Origin: a virus
Lineage: Duplodnaviria > Caudoviricetes
Strand: one strand, 5' to 3'
Virus record (IMG/VR): IMGVR_UViG_3300046313_000435
Coordinates: 1 to 51,616 of that record
Length of the DNA stretch: 51,616 nucleotides
Shown here: piece by piece, positions 1 to 8,625 of the stretch
Numbering within the stretch: the first letter of the stretch is position 1
How the letters are laid out: each line of letters begins with the position of its first letter
Made by a program: the position numbers and the translations under genes
The notes under the pieces: generated by a model
Seen by the model: only the letters and a program-made list of their open reading frames with translations
The model's database searches: none
What the model was told of the DNA's origin: nothing

Positions 1-1159
1 CAGTTAGGCCAGCAGCTTGAGTCAGTGCTGTTAGTCGCTTGCCTGCATCAGACTTACCCGACCCTGATTCGCCGAGGGCTAACGTCATGTGGTTGGTTCT
101 CAATCCTCGCTCAGTCTGAACCCTATGACCCTTGAGCGTACCAACAAATGCCAAGGCCGCCGCAAAAGCGAAGTGTGGTTGGTACCGTGTGGCGTTGTCG
201 GTTATCCAGTCAGCGATTGCACCAACTAGCCCAGGGGCTCCAGTTACAAGAGACTCAGGGACCGAGCCTACTACACCACCGCCATACTCTTCCTCTTGAT
301 GCTCCGTGAGTGAGGAGATGTCCACCGGAGGGGCCGCGTTCTTTCGAATAACGTATGAAACGATATCCATGATTTCTTGCTTTGGCTTTGGTGGCTTGCA
401 GGTAGTTTGATTGATACCTTGAACGAGGAAATACACCTCTTCGAAGGACATGTCCCTACGTGCGTATCGCCCAGCATATCGGATTAAAGCATTGTGCCTC
501 TGAGAGGGCTCAAGAGACATGTTTACTACTTCGGATAACTCGGGGAGTTCTCCACCCTCGTAAAACAATTCTTCAAGCTCAGCGATACCAAGCCCGCCGA
601 TAATTGTATCGAGCTTATAGGGTAAGAAGTGCTCAAGGTGCATGGTCTTTACTTTCCAGGGGTCACCCTTAAGGTGGTAGAAACCAGGGATACGCATCAC
701 CCGAGGAAGGTCGTGTATAGAGGGGTCACCCTTAAACTTCATGGCAATAGCGTTCTGTAGTGCTGAGAATCTTTCTAGTGGGCAATCGGCTACCAACCAG
801 AACACCTGATACTTCCCCGGAGAGGATTCAATGATTGCATGAGGGGTGAACCCTGTCTCTAGAACTGGCTGTAATGGTGAGCCATCAAGGTCAAGGAACA
901 ATGCCCTCACTGATGTAATGTGCTCAGTAGATCGACCACCCACGGATTCATTGACAGTAAAGTAAATGCCGTAGCCTCTGCTCTGTCGTTCCATGAACCA
1001 GGGGAGCATATCATCGAGGTCGCCTTCCTCATGGCCGGCAAGGATTCGCTCACCCTTTCTGCGGTCGCAGAAGGATTGAAATCGGTGAAGCATCCCTTCA
1101 CCTAAAAGGTCCAAGAACCTGCGAGCCTCGTTGAGGTCAGGGGCAAGAGTAGCATTCAT
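1..1159 (-). CDS. RepB-type DNA primase fused to P-loop helicase (runs off the window start)
   Basis: Not in the ORF track. Manual translation from ATG at 1159 gives MNATLAPDLNEARRFLDLL...ALFLDLDG...IESSPGKYQVFW...DPSIHDLPRVMRIPGF (RepB primase motifs) and a Walker A GESGSGKS near nt 50-75. Confidence 0.8.
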   Translation of the reverse strand, partial: MNATLAPDLNEARRFLDLLGEGMLHRFQSFCDRRKGERILAGHEEGDLDDMLPWFMERQSRGYGIYFTVNESVGGRSTEHITSVRALFLDLDGSPLQPVLETGFTPHAIIESSPGKYQVFWLVADCPLERFSALQNAIAMKFKGDPSIHDLPRVMRIPGFYHLKGDPWKVKTMHLEHFLPYKLDTIIGGLGIAELEELFYEGGELPELSEVVNMSLEPSQRHNALIRYAGRYARRDMSFEEVYFLVQGINQTTCKPPKPKQEIMDIVSYVIRKNAAPPVDISSLTEHQEEEYGGGVVGSVPESLVTGAPGLVGAIADWITDNATRYQPHFAFAAALAFVGTLKGHRVQTERGLRTNHMTLALGESGSGKSDAGKRLTALTQAAGLT

Positions 1160-1174
1160 ATTGTGTGCCAGTAG

Positions 1175-1354
1175 TTACTTAGTCTTTTTAATGTACGAAG
1201 CAGATACGCCTAGGATGCTCCAATACTTTTGTGGGATGATGTTTCTTCTACACCACCTCTCGACTGTAACCTGATGGACATTGGCTAGGAGAGCCACTTT
1301 CAGTGTCCCCCCCAACCGCTCAATTATTTGTGTTGCAGAATTTGTAGGATTCAT
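1175..1354 (-). CDS. Cro-like HTH regulator (59 aa)
   Basis: Manual translation MNPTNSATQIIERLGGTLKVALLANVHQVTVERWCRRNIIPQKYW... fits the IxxxGG...W...IP..W Cro/YdaS pattern. Confidence 0.65.
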   Translation of the reverse strand: MNPTNSATQIIERLGGTLKVALLANVHQVTVERWCRRNIIPQKYWSILGVSASYIKKTK

Positions 1355-1356
1355 AT

Positions 1357-1393
1357 TTGACAGATAGTGTCATGATGTAGTAGGTTCTGTCAA
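1357..1393. promoter_or_regulatory. Overlapping divergent sigma70-type promoters
   Basis: TTGACAGA (1357) and TCTGTCAA (1393) are inverted -35 boxes between divergent genes. Confidence 0.6.
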
Positions 1394-1421
1394 GTAAGAA
1401 CTGATTGTCACATGGAGGACC

Positions 1422-2189
1422 ATGACAGAAGAATATAGCTTAGAGATTGAATCTGGTGGAGTTAACAGACCGCCCATTATCCTTGCCTACGGTATACCGG
1501 GCATAGGAAAAACTAGTTTCGGTGCAGCGGCACCGTCACCCATCTTTGTACAGTGTGAGGATGGTAGAGGTATTCTTACCTTTGATGCGTACCCGGTAGC
1601 CCGCTCATTTAATAACGTGATGGCGGCACTACGCGATCTCTATAAGAACCCAAAGGGCTATCAGACAATCATCTTTGATAACCTCTCAAGGCTGGAGCAG
1701 ATAGTTCATGAGGAACTACGACGCGAGCACGGGGACGCTATCTTTGCATCGTTTGGAAGAGGGGCAAAACTTGCCATGCCATACTTCGAACGGCTGATGG
1801 CAAGCCTCACAGCATTGAGAGATGACAAGGGGTTGATGGTTGTTGTTCTTGCCCATAGCAAGGTGAGCACAATCACACCACCAGACTCGGACCCATATGA
1901 CCGCTATGACCTAGACCTCGACAAGTCGGCGCAAAAGATATTCGACAAGTGGGCTGAGTCGATTTTCTTTCTCACTGAGCCAAAGACAGTAAAGAAGGTC
2001 GAGGGAGAGTATGGAGCAAAACGGGGGCGAGCTATTAAGGGAACGGGGCGTATCATTCACACCTCGAATAGCCCCGCATCACTTGCCAAGAACAGGTTCA
2101 AGCTTGATGACATCATCGAGTTTAATGACCCGTTTGATTGGACAGATTTAATGGAAAAAATAAACGTGCATAGTAAGGGAGAAAAATAA
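1422..2189 (+). CDS. AAA_24 / Sak4-like ssDNA-annealing ATPase
   Basis: YGIPGIGKTS Walker A, TIIFDNL Walker B, LAHSK and AKNRF motifs; precedes an SSB gene. Confidence 0.85.
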   Translation: MTEEYSLEIESGGVNRPPIILAYGIPGIGKTSFGAAAPSPIFVQCEDGRGILTFDAYPVARSFNNVMAALRDLYKNPKGYQTIIFDNLSRLEQIVHEELRREHGDAIFASFGRGAKLAMPYFERLMASLTALRDDKGLMVVVLAHSKVSTITPPDSDPYDRYDLDLDKSAQKIFDKWAESIFFLTEPKTVKKVEGEYGAKRGRAIKGTGRIIHTSNSPASLAKNRFKLDDIIEFNDPFDWTDLMEKINVHSKGEK

Positions 2190-2191
2190 CC

Positions 2192-2677
2192 ATGGGACGA
2201 TTAAGCGATTTTAACCCGGACTCAGTTGAAGATAGAAAATACAGTCTTGTGCCAGAGGGTGAGCACCTTGTGATTATCACGGAGAGTGACGAAAGGGAGT
2301 CGAAGACCACCCCCGGCAACTTCTACCAGAACATGAAGTTGCAGATCGTTAAGGGCGACAGTGAAGGGCGGATGCTCACCCTACGGCTTAACCTTTGGAA
2401 CTCTAATCCAACGGCAAAGACAATCGCAGAGCAACAGTTGAAGGATATTTACAGGGCCTTGAACATTGAGCGGGTGGATGAGTTCGAGGAGCTTAATGAC
2501 CGACCGTTCTGGATCAAGGTGAAAATCAAGAATGACCAGAACGAGGTAGCGGCGATTCTTTGGAAGAAGACAAACGACCAAGCGAGAGCGACGGCGAAGT
2601 CATCACAGGGGACGCCATCGAAAGCAGCAATTGCGGCGAAGAAAGCTGATTTTGTTGATGACGATATCCCCTTTTAA
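2192..2677 (+). CDS. DUF669-family ssDNA-binding protein
   Basis: N-terminal F.P...Y.L.PEG motif, acidic C-terminal DDDIPF tail, follows the Sak4-like gene. Confidence 0.8.
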   Translation: MGRLSDFNPDSVEDRKYSLVPEGEHLVIITESDERESKTTPGNFYQNMKLQIVKGDSEGRMLTLRLNLWNSNPTAKTIAEQQLKDIYRALNIERVDEFEELNDRPFWIKVKIKNDQNEVAAILWKKTNDQARATAKSSQGTPSKAAIAAKKADFVDDDIPF

Positions 2678-2686
2678 CGGAGGACT

Positions 2687-4360
2687 GTGGAGCTAAGAGA
2701 GTACCAAAAGCAAGCGGTATCTGCCCTCTGGAGTTGGTTCAGAGCCAACCCGGAGGGTGCTCCGATTCTTTGCCTTCCGACCGGATCGGGCAAGAGTCTG
2801 ATTGCGGCTGAGGCTGCAAGGGGTGTTTGTAGTAGGGGGATTGATCGAAGGGTGTTGATAGTAGCCCACCGAAAGGAACTACTAGAGCAAAACCACACCA
2901 AGGTTCAAGCCGCTATGCCTTGGGGTAATTGCTCGCTCTATAGTGCAGGGCTCGGGAGGAGAGAAACTTCGGGTCAGGTAGTTGTTGCCGGTGTGCAGTC
3001 TGTATTTAATAAAGCTGAACAGCTAGGGAAGTTCCATCTTTGCATCATCGACGAAGTTCATTTAGTTAGCCCGGAGGGCAACGGTCGATACCGGCAGCTT
3101 ATTGAGGGCCTTCAAAAGGTTAATCCGTCGATTCGATTCTGTGGTCTTTCCGCTTCTCCCTACCGGTTAGGAACTGGGCTGCTGACTGACTCAGGCGATA
3201 TCTGGACCGACATCGCCTACGAAGTGCCGATGCTGGAATTGATTGAGGACGGCTACCTATCACCACTCATAGGGAAAGTAGGAAGAACGAAAGCCAACCT
3301 CTCATCTGTAACGGTAAGAGGTGGGGAGTATGTTGCTAGTGAAATGCAGACCGCATTCAACCGACTTAACCTAGTCGAAGCAGCACTTGAAGAGGTCGTC
3401 CAGTGGGGGGCCGATAGAAAGAGCTGGCTCATCTTCGCTACTGGAATCGCTCATGCCGACACAATCAACAAAGTGCTCCAGAGAGTGGGCATAGCATCTG
3501 ATTGCGTTACCGGAGAAACGCCACCGCTGATTAGGGCCGGGATACTTGAAGACTTTAAGGCTGGCCGATTGCGAGCACTTGTCAACGTGGATGTATTAAC
3601 GACGGGGTTCGACTATCCAGGCATCGACCTCGTTGCAGTAATGAGAGCAACAAAAAGCACTGCATTGTGGGTGCAAATGGTCGGAAGGGGCTCAAGGATA
3701 GCCGAGGGAAAAAGGGACTGCATGATATTAGACTTCGGCAACAATGCAGCCACCCACGGCCCGATTGATAAGGTGCGAATCGTCAGGCGATACAACGCAA
3801 AGAGCGATAAAGAGGAGGTAGCAGTTGAAACATTCCCGTGCAAGGAGTGCGATAACTGTAGGGCCTTCGTACTGAAACGGGCCCTTGATTGCCCAGAGTG
3901 TGGATACATATTCCCAGTGGTGGCACGACATGAAGCAACGCCGGGCAATGGCGCAATTCTTTCTAGTGAGCTGAGGCAAGTCTACCGGGTGAATGTGCTG
4001 AGGTGGAATCACTCGAAGTACGCCAGTAGAAACACTGGCAAGATGCTCATGAAGATTGATTACCACCTTGATGTTGCTGCCCCCGTGGCTCAATTTAGTG
4101 CCTATGCGTGCTTACCTCCAGACTACGAAGGAGGAGTAGCTAAGCGGTGGCTCAACTGGTGGGCCGTCAACACTTGGGACCCAACTCAGCAACTACCCCG
4201 CGATGTTGATGAGGCTTACGCGCGATGCGAGGAGTTGAAACGCCCCAGCGTTCTAGACATCAAGCGAAAGGATGAGAAGTTTTGGGAGATTGTAAAAGTA
4301 GTTGAGTATGCAGAAATGGAGGACCATGAAGAAGAAGACGCGACTGGTTACAACATTTAA
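2687..4360 (+). CDS. SF2 DEAD/DEAH helicase (RadD/YejH-like) with C-terminal Zn ribbon
   Basis: LREYQ, PTGSGKS, IIDEVH, SAS, LTTGFD, QMVGRGSR, CxxC...CPEC. Confidence 0.9.
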   Translation: MELREYQKQAVSALWSWFRANPEGAPILCLPTGSGKSLIAAEAARGVCSRGIDRRVLIVAHRKELLEQNHTKVQAAMPWGNCSLYSAGLGRRETSGQVVVAGVQSVFNKAEQLGKFHLCIIDEVHLVSPEGNGRYRQLIEGLQKVNPSIRFCGLSASPYRLGTGLLTDSGDIWTDIAYEVPMLELIEDGYLSPLIGKVGRTKANLSSVTVRGGEYVASEMQTAFNRLNLVEAALEEVVQWGADRKSWLIFATGIAHADTINKVLQRVGIASDCVTGETPPLIRAGILEDFKAGRLRALVNVDVLTTGFDYPGIDLVAVMRATKSTALWVQMVGRGSRIAEGKRDCMILDFGNNAATHGPIDKVRIVRRYNAKSDKEEVAVETFPCKECDNCRAFVLKRALDCPECGYIFPVVARHEATPGNGAILSSELRQVYRVNVLRWNHSKYASRNTGKMLMKIDYHLDVAAPVAQFSAYACLPPDYEGGVAKRWLNWWAVNTWDPTQQLPRDVDEAYARCEELKRPSVLDIKRKDEKFWEIVKVVEYAEMEDHEEEDATGYNI

Positions 4361-4514
4361 GGAAAAGATTGATGAGGCCGACAACCGCTTCGAATTCTTT
4401 CTCGACCTATTGGCTGACCTTGAGCCAGAGGAGAAGGATGCAGTGCTGGTGCATACGAGGGCCTGGTACGAGGAGTCAAAACGATTGAGGCAACTGGAGG
4501 CAATATGCAACTAA
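4302..4514 (+). CDS. hypothetical protein
   Basis: Operonic ORF; real start probably the internal MKKK after a GGAGG RBS. Confidence 0.5.
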   Translation: MSMQKWRTMKKKTRLVTTFKEKIDEADNRFEFFLDLLADLEPEEKDAVLVHTRAWYEESKRLRQLEAICN

Positions 4515-4544
4515 TCTTAGTGATGTGGTTGATAGCCACCGTGT

Positions 4545-4844
4545 GTGCCGCGATGGTGGCGTATGTACTTTTTCAGTTTACGGACGGGGATGAAGATGAC
4601 GCCTGATAAGACGATGGAGTTCGGCGACCTAGAGAATGGTGCCCTAGTCTGTTACAAGCTAAGGCGTTCTGACGCTACACATTGCGGGTACGTTGTTGGA
4701 GGTGCCTATGGTGTTGAGCTTAACGGCAAGCGAACGAACGCCGTCATGATTGCTTACGGCAGTGGTACCGTTGAAACAATCGACTGGGACGACGTTGTTC
4801 ATATCTTGTGGGAGTGCGAGAAGTATTACCCCCCGCAAGCCTGA
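4545..4844 (+). CDS. hypothetical protein
   Basis: ORF in the early operon; start probably an internal Met. Confidence 0.45.
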   Translation: MPRWWRMYFFSLRTGMKMTPDKTMEFGDLENGALVCYKLRRSDATHCGYVVGGAYGVELNGKRTNAVMIAYGSGTVETIDWDDVVHILWECEKYYPPQA

Positions 4845-5050
4845 AAGATTACATCGACCGAGAGCCCCGACATAGCGGATAGGTCGAGCCAGTAGTCTTC
4901 TGGTATACCGCGTGACCGCCACTGACGTAGGGCGAATTGGGATATCGATCTAGAGTGCTTTGTTGTTAGGTGGTAGGAGACGGCGATATCACCTCCAGCC
5001 TTTTCGATGATGTTGTCTATGGCCGCTTTATTGGCCGGTTTTATCTTCAT
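4826..5050 (-). CDS. Cro-like HTH regulator
   Basis: IDNIIEKAGG...ALRQWRSRGIPEDYW Cro/YdaS pattern; ATG at 5050 lies just downstream of a leftward promoter. Confidence 0.65.
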   Translation of the reverse strand: MKIKPANKAAIDNIIEKAGGDIAVSYHLTTKHSRSISQFALRQWRSRGIPEDYWLDLSAMSGLSVDVIFQACGG

Positions 5051-5056
5051 GCTTTT

Positions 5057-5088
5057 ATGTTGACACAACGGCGAGGGAGTGTCAATCT
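5057..5088. promoter_or_regulatory. Overlapping divergent promoters
   Basis: TTGACAC (5060) and GTGTCAA (5085) are inverted -35 boxes between divergent genes. Confidence 0.55.
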
Positions 5089-5118
5089 CTTAGTGGTCTA
5101 GGGGATTCTAGGAGGCAT

Positions 5119-5292
5119 ATGGCGTGGGAGATAAAGGATAAGGCATTAGGGATATTTGTTGTTGCACCGACTGAGCTGCAAGCGTGGATAATGTTCTTTG
5201 GCTTTCAGGGTAAAAATATCAATGCGGAGATGTTTTTTAAGCTTACTAGGCTGCACCGCCTAGTCGGCATCAATGCCATCGAGGTCCGATGA
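5119..5292 (+). CDS. hypothetical protein (57 aa)
   Basis: GGAGG RBS, MAWEIKDKALG..., ATGA overlap with the next gene; below the ORF-track cutoff. Confidence 0.5.
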   Translation: MAWEIKDKALGIFVVAPTELQAWIMFFGFQGKNINAEMFFKLTRLHRLVGINAIEVR

Positions 5293-5492
5293 AAGTCCGC
5301 TGCGAGAACTGCACTTTCTACGTCGAGAGCACGAAGAGCGAAAACTACGGCCAATGCTTCAGGCACCCGCCGGCATTAGTGCCCGATGGCGTAGGCGATG
5401 CATACACGGCAAGGCCACTGACGCCGAAGGATGGATGGTGCGGAGAGTTTCAAACCAGGAGGGAGATAGACGATGAACGAAGAGAACATTGA
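5289..5492 (+). CDS. small Cys-rich phage protein
   Basis: CxxC...CFRHPP...WCGEFQ. Confidence 0.65.
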   Translation: MKVRCENCTFYVESTKSENYGQCFRHPPALVPDGVGDAYTARPLTPKDGWCGEFQTRREIDDERREH

Positions 5493-5703
5493 GATATGCA
5501 GAACGTGTAGGTATTTCAGACCGGACAACGACCACTGCCTAAGATATCCACCGGTGCCGTTAGTTAACATCTGGTCGGAGACTGAGTATGGAGATAACGG
5601 TCGCTACTTAGCATCAGTGTATTCTGGCACGCCCATAATGGTTTGGGCTGAGGTTGAGGAGCACGACTGGTGCGGTGAGTATCAACGCAAGGGAGAATCA
5701 TGA
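5473..5703 (+). CDS. small Cys-rich phage protein (paralog of 5289..5492)
   Basis: CxxC...CLRYPP...WCGEYQ. Confidence 0.65.
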   Translation: MNEENIEICRTCRYFRPDNDHCLRYPPVPLVNIWSETEYGDNGRYLASVYSGTPIMVWAEVEEHDWCGEYQRKGES

Positions 5704-5948
5704 CCGATAACGAGAACACTAAACCACTAGCAACATACACCGTCTACGACTACGGCGACGGCGACGATAAATTGAAGCTCGCGATGAAGGCGGGCGAGAT
5801 GCACTCGGCTATTTGGGAATTCCTGAACGAAGTGCTACGACCGGTCTGGAAGTATGGGCAGGATGAGGTTCAGATGGAGCATTATGAGAAAGTGAAAGAT
5901 GAGCTTTGGAGAATCTTGGGGGAGAATGGCATTAGTGATTTATTCTAG
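5700..5948 (+). CDS. hypothetical protein
   Basis: ATGA overlap with the previous gene and an RBS. Confidence 0.6.
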   Translation: MTDNENTKPLATYTVYDYGDGDDKLKLAMKAGEMHSAIWEFLNEVLRPVWKYGQDEVQMEHYEKVKDELWRILGENGISDLF

Positions 5949-5957
5949 CTTTATTTG

Positions 5958-5987
5958 TTGACACGTTGGGAAATAGTGCGCTACTCT
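5958..5987 (+). promoter_or_regulatory. Early promoter
   Basis: TTGACA-N18-TACTCT, same layout as at 11159 and 13176. Confidence 0.7.
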
Positions 5988-5994
5988 CCCTTAT

Positions 5995-6103
5995 GTTGCA
6001 ATCGGTGTTGACGGTGAAACACAGCTTATGACTCTGCTCGTAGTAAGGTAGTGAATACAAGGCCGCTCAAATAGCCCGTTCAATTCGGGCATTGCAACTG
6101 CCA
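5995..6103 (+). ncRNA. non-canonical tRNA-like RNA 1
   Basis: 8-bp acceptor stem GTTGCAAT/ATTGCAAC, D-like arm GTGTT-GACGGTGA-AACAC, perfect T arm GCCCG-TTCAATT-CGGGC, 3' TGCCA; no canonical anticodon arm. Confidence 0.65.
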
Positions 6104-6170
6104 AACAACGAGGCAGAAAAACGTGTGGTGACGGCGAATCATGTGACAGCCGGAATCAGACGGCAAATAT

Positions 6171-6240
6171 GGGGAAAGGGTGTTAGTACCCGGCTTGAGA
6201 ACGTATACGAGCCCGCCGTGCAACTCGGTAATCCCCTGCA
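6171..6240 (+). ncRNA. degenerate tRNA-like RNA 2
   Basis: GGGGA/TCCCC outer stem, GGGT-GTTAGT-ACCC arm, GGCTTG-(10-nt loop)-CGAGCC arm, GCCG-TGCAACT-CGGT T-like arm. Confidence 0.5.
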
Positions 6241-6258
6241 ACGACTAGAGGCACAACA

Positions 6259-6552
6259 ATGAGAACATACAAGACCGAAACCATCACCCGAGAAGAGAAA
6301 GTGGTCGACGTATTCTCCTGCGACCTTTGCGGCAGAGCATCGCCGAGCCCATATGACTGGGCAAGCAAGCACATGCACGACCTAATCACGCAAATCGAGC
6401 TGAGAGATACCACCTACGAAACTGGACTCGATTCAAGCGGCACGATTACCTCAGCAGACGTTTGCCCCGAGTGCTTTGTCGATAAGGTGGTTCCAGCACT
6501 TGAGGCCATCGGGCTTAAATTTCGAATGAGAGACGTAAACGACAACGACTAG
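6259..6552 (+). CDS. Zn-binding hypothetical protein
   Basis: CDLC...CPEC; RBS GAGG. Confidence 0.65.
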   Translation: MRTYKTETITREEKVVDVFSCDLCGRASPSPYDWASKHMHDLITQIELRDTTYETGLDSSGTITSADVCPECFVDKVVPALEAIGLKFRMRDVNDND

Positions 6553-6559
6553 GAGGCAC

Positions 6560-6841
6560 ATGAAGAAACTATTTTTAGCAGCACTATTCTCGCTCACTCT
6601 GAGCACTACCAATGCCGAGGCTCAATGCCTCCGCCTAATCCGCCCAGGATTACTGAGCATAAATCACCGCGTAGGCATCCTATACGGTGGCAACTTCACC
6701 GCCCGTGTTGCTTGCTCAAGGTTCGCCCCGGCGATAGTTCGCTGGAACGGGGGGCTGCTTTGTGCGGGTGGCTCTTTCTACGGTCGCACTTACTACGGAA
6801 TGCCGTGGAGATGTGAGATTAGAAGCATAGGGTTGAGGTAA
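6560..6841 (+). CDS. small secreted Cys-containing protein
   Basis: Signal peptide MKKLFLAALFSLTLSTTNAEA, four Cys, GGAGG RBS. Confidence 0.65.
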   Translation: MKKLFLAALFSLTLSTTNAEAQCLRLIRPGLLSINHRVGILYGGNFTARVACSRFAPAIVRWNGGLLCAGGSFYGRTYYGMPWRCEIRSIGLR

Positions 6842-6843
6842 TC

Positions 6844-7095
6844 ATGAAAGAGACTCTAGAGCACTTCCGCAATCTGCCCAACAAAGACGCTGAATGGGAT
6901 GAAGTCAAAGCCTCGATGACTCCCGAGCGGGCACGACTCATCAAGCAACTTAGAGAGCATCACGAGTGCTCGTGGCGAAGGGTTGCGGAGGATTGCAACT
7001 ACATCTTTCATGGGCTTAATGAGCACGGTTGTCAGCATACAGGAAGACTTCTTTGCGCTGTTGCCGCTGACTACTTAGGAGAGGATTGGGATTAA
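6844..7095 (+). CDS. hypothetical protein
   Basis: RBS GAGGT; operonic. Confidence 0.6.
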   Translation: MKETLEHFRNLPNKDAEWDEVKASMTPERARLIKQLREHHECSWRRVAEDCNYIFHGLNEHGCQHTGRLLCAVAADYLGEDWD

Positions 7096-7338
7096 CTTCG
7101 GGTTAACCCCACTTTGTTCTTGCCCCGTCGAAAGCGGGCCTGAACAATGAGAGTTTTGGAGGCACAGAATCTTGGAACCATCACTACATCAACCACCGGA
7201 CGCCATAGTCCCTAGCGTATCCATCGAAGACCGCATTGGCATTATCTTCGATGAGATGACGCAAGACAAAGAGCGTTGGAACTCTGACCACCTCGATGCG
7301 GTCATACATGTCATGAAGCGACTGGAAGAGATGCGGAA

Positions 7339-7602
7339 ATGATAAGCTTTGACGAATACATTGGCGACGACAATCCGCTTGATGAGACTCCACCCGGCCC
7401 GCTTCAAACCTGGGCGGCAGGTGATGGCTTTATGGGCATCTCGAAAAATGGACGGCCCGTGATGTCTCTTAGAAAGCAAGATCTAGAGGGGTTGGTCGTA
7501 GCTCGGATCGTTCTTGCCGCGATCATGAACGAACAACTGAATGCATTGGAGATCGAACACCTTAAGGCGATAGTGGACGCAATGATAACCAGGCACTACT
7601 GA
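7339..7602 (+). CDS. hypothetical protein
   Basis: Operonic ORF. Confidence 0.55.
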   Translation: MISFDEYIGDDNPLDETPPGPLQTWAAGDGFMGISKNGRPVMSLRKQDLEGLVVARIVLAAIMNEQLNALEIEHLKAIVDAMITRHY

Positions 7603-7612
7603 CAAGGAAGAG

Positions 7613-8392
7613 ATGAGACTGCTGATCGATACGAACCAATACCCCAACGACACTGTGAGCATCTTAAGAGCCGGAGAGCTAAAAGCGAATGGCGTATGGT
7701 CGCTACCCGGCAACTCCCCCGGTATGGCCGCTGAAGATACCAAGAGAATCATCGCAGGAATCGGCAGTGGCGTGGTTGTAGTTGAAGAGGGAGGCATTGA
7801 TGTGCACCAGCTTCTTGAAGAACCCAACTGGACTGGTGGACCTGCGAACATAAATACTCAGAGGGTGTTGACGCGAAACGCCGGTTATAACCCCTCTAGG
7901 GCGATGGTCTACTACGAATTTTCTGCACCGGGTGTTCGACAGACGTGCCTAACGCCTCATGAACTTTCGAGGGCTTATATTCTTGAGGGTAAGATTCCGC
8001 TACTACCGTTGACGCGAGATTGGAGCAGAGCCCAGCGTGCCAGGGTGAAAGATGCCCTTAGCTTACCGAGGAACATTGTGGTTGGCGTGTGCTTTGAAAT
8101 CGAGTCCAACGTGCCGCTGATAAAGGCCCAGGGAATCGTCGGTGGTATACGGTATGTTCGCTCGGTAAATAGGGAGGCGTGGGTGTTGCTTTCGCCTAAG
8201 TTACCATCGGTGAAGTTTGAGAGCGATGTGGACGAAACGCTTTGGTACCTACGGAAGAATCTTTCCGCTGAGATATGGGACGCTCTCAATGTAGTGCTCG
8301 CAGTGTACACAGTAGAGGACAAGGGGACTTCGTTCTTCGGCGAGAGCAACTCGATGTTGGCGGCGGTTAAGGTTGCTAGGGGGTATAGGTGA
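7613..8392 (+). CDS. hypothetical protein (259 aa)
   Basis: Long ORF with RBS; no motif recognised. Confidence 0.7.
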   Translation: MRLLIDTNQYPNDTVSILRAGELKANGVWSLPGNSPGMAAEDTKRIIAGIGSGVVVVEEGGIDVHQLLEEPNWTGGPANINTQRVLTRNAGYNPSRAMVYYEFSAPGVRQTCLTPHELSRAYILEGKIPLLPLTRDWSRAQRARVKDALSLPRNIVVGVCFEIESNVPLIKAQGIVGGIRYVRSVNREAWVLLSPKLPSVKFESDVDETLWYLRKNLSAEIWDALNVVLAVYTVEDKGTSFFGESNSMLAAVKVARGYR

Positions 8393-8625
8393 TGAGCGAG
8401 AAGAAGATAGCAAGATATTCAGCACCATACAGCGAGGGCTCGCCTTGGCTTGAAGATACTCACGACAACGAGCCGAGCGAATGCGACCGGGAGGTTGTAC
8501 TCATGTGGGCCGAGGATTACGACGCCATGATGAAAGAGGTTGAGGAGGGGCGAGCATTAAAAGAGAGAACGAAGAACGCGTGGACAGAGGCAATTCGGAA
8601 GATAAGGGAGGGAGCGAAGAAATGA
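8389..8625 (+). CDS. hypothetical protein
   Basis: Overlapping operonic ORF. Confidence 0.55.
   Translation: MMSEKKIARYSAPYSEGSPWLEDTHDNEPSECDREVVLMWAEDYDAMMKEVEEGRALKERTKNAWTEAIRKIREGAKK

Noticed and set aside
5995-6103. tmRNA or tRNA-Sec
   Set aside because: Too short for tmRNA and without a tag frame; there is no TCA anticodon loop.
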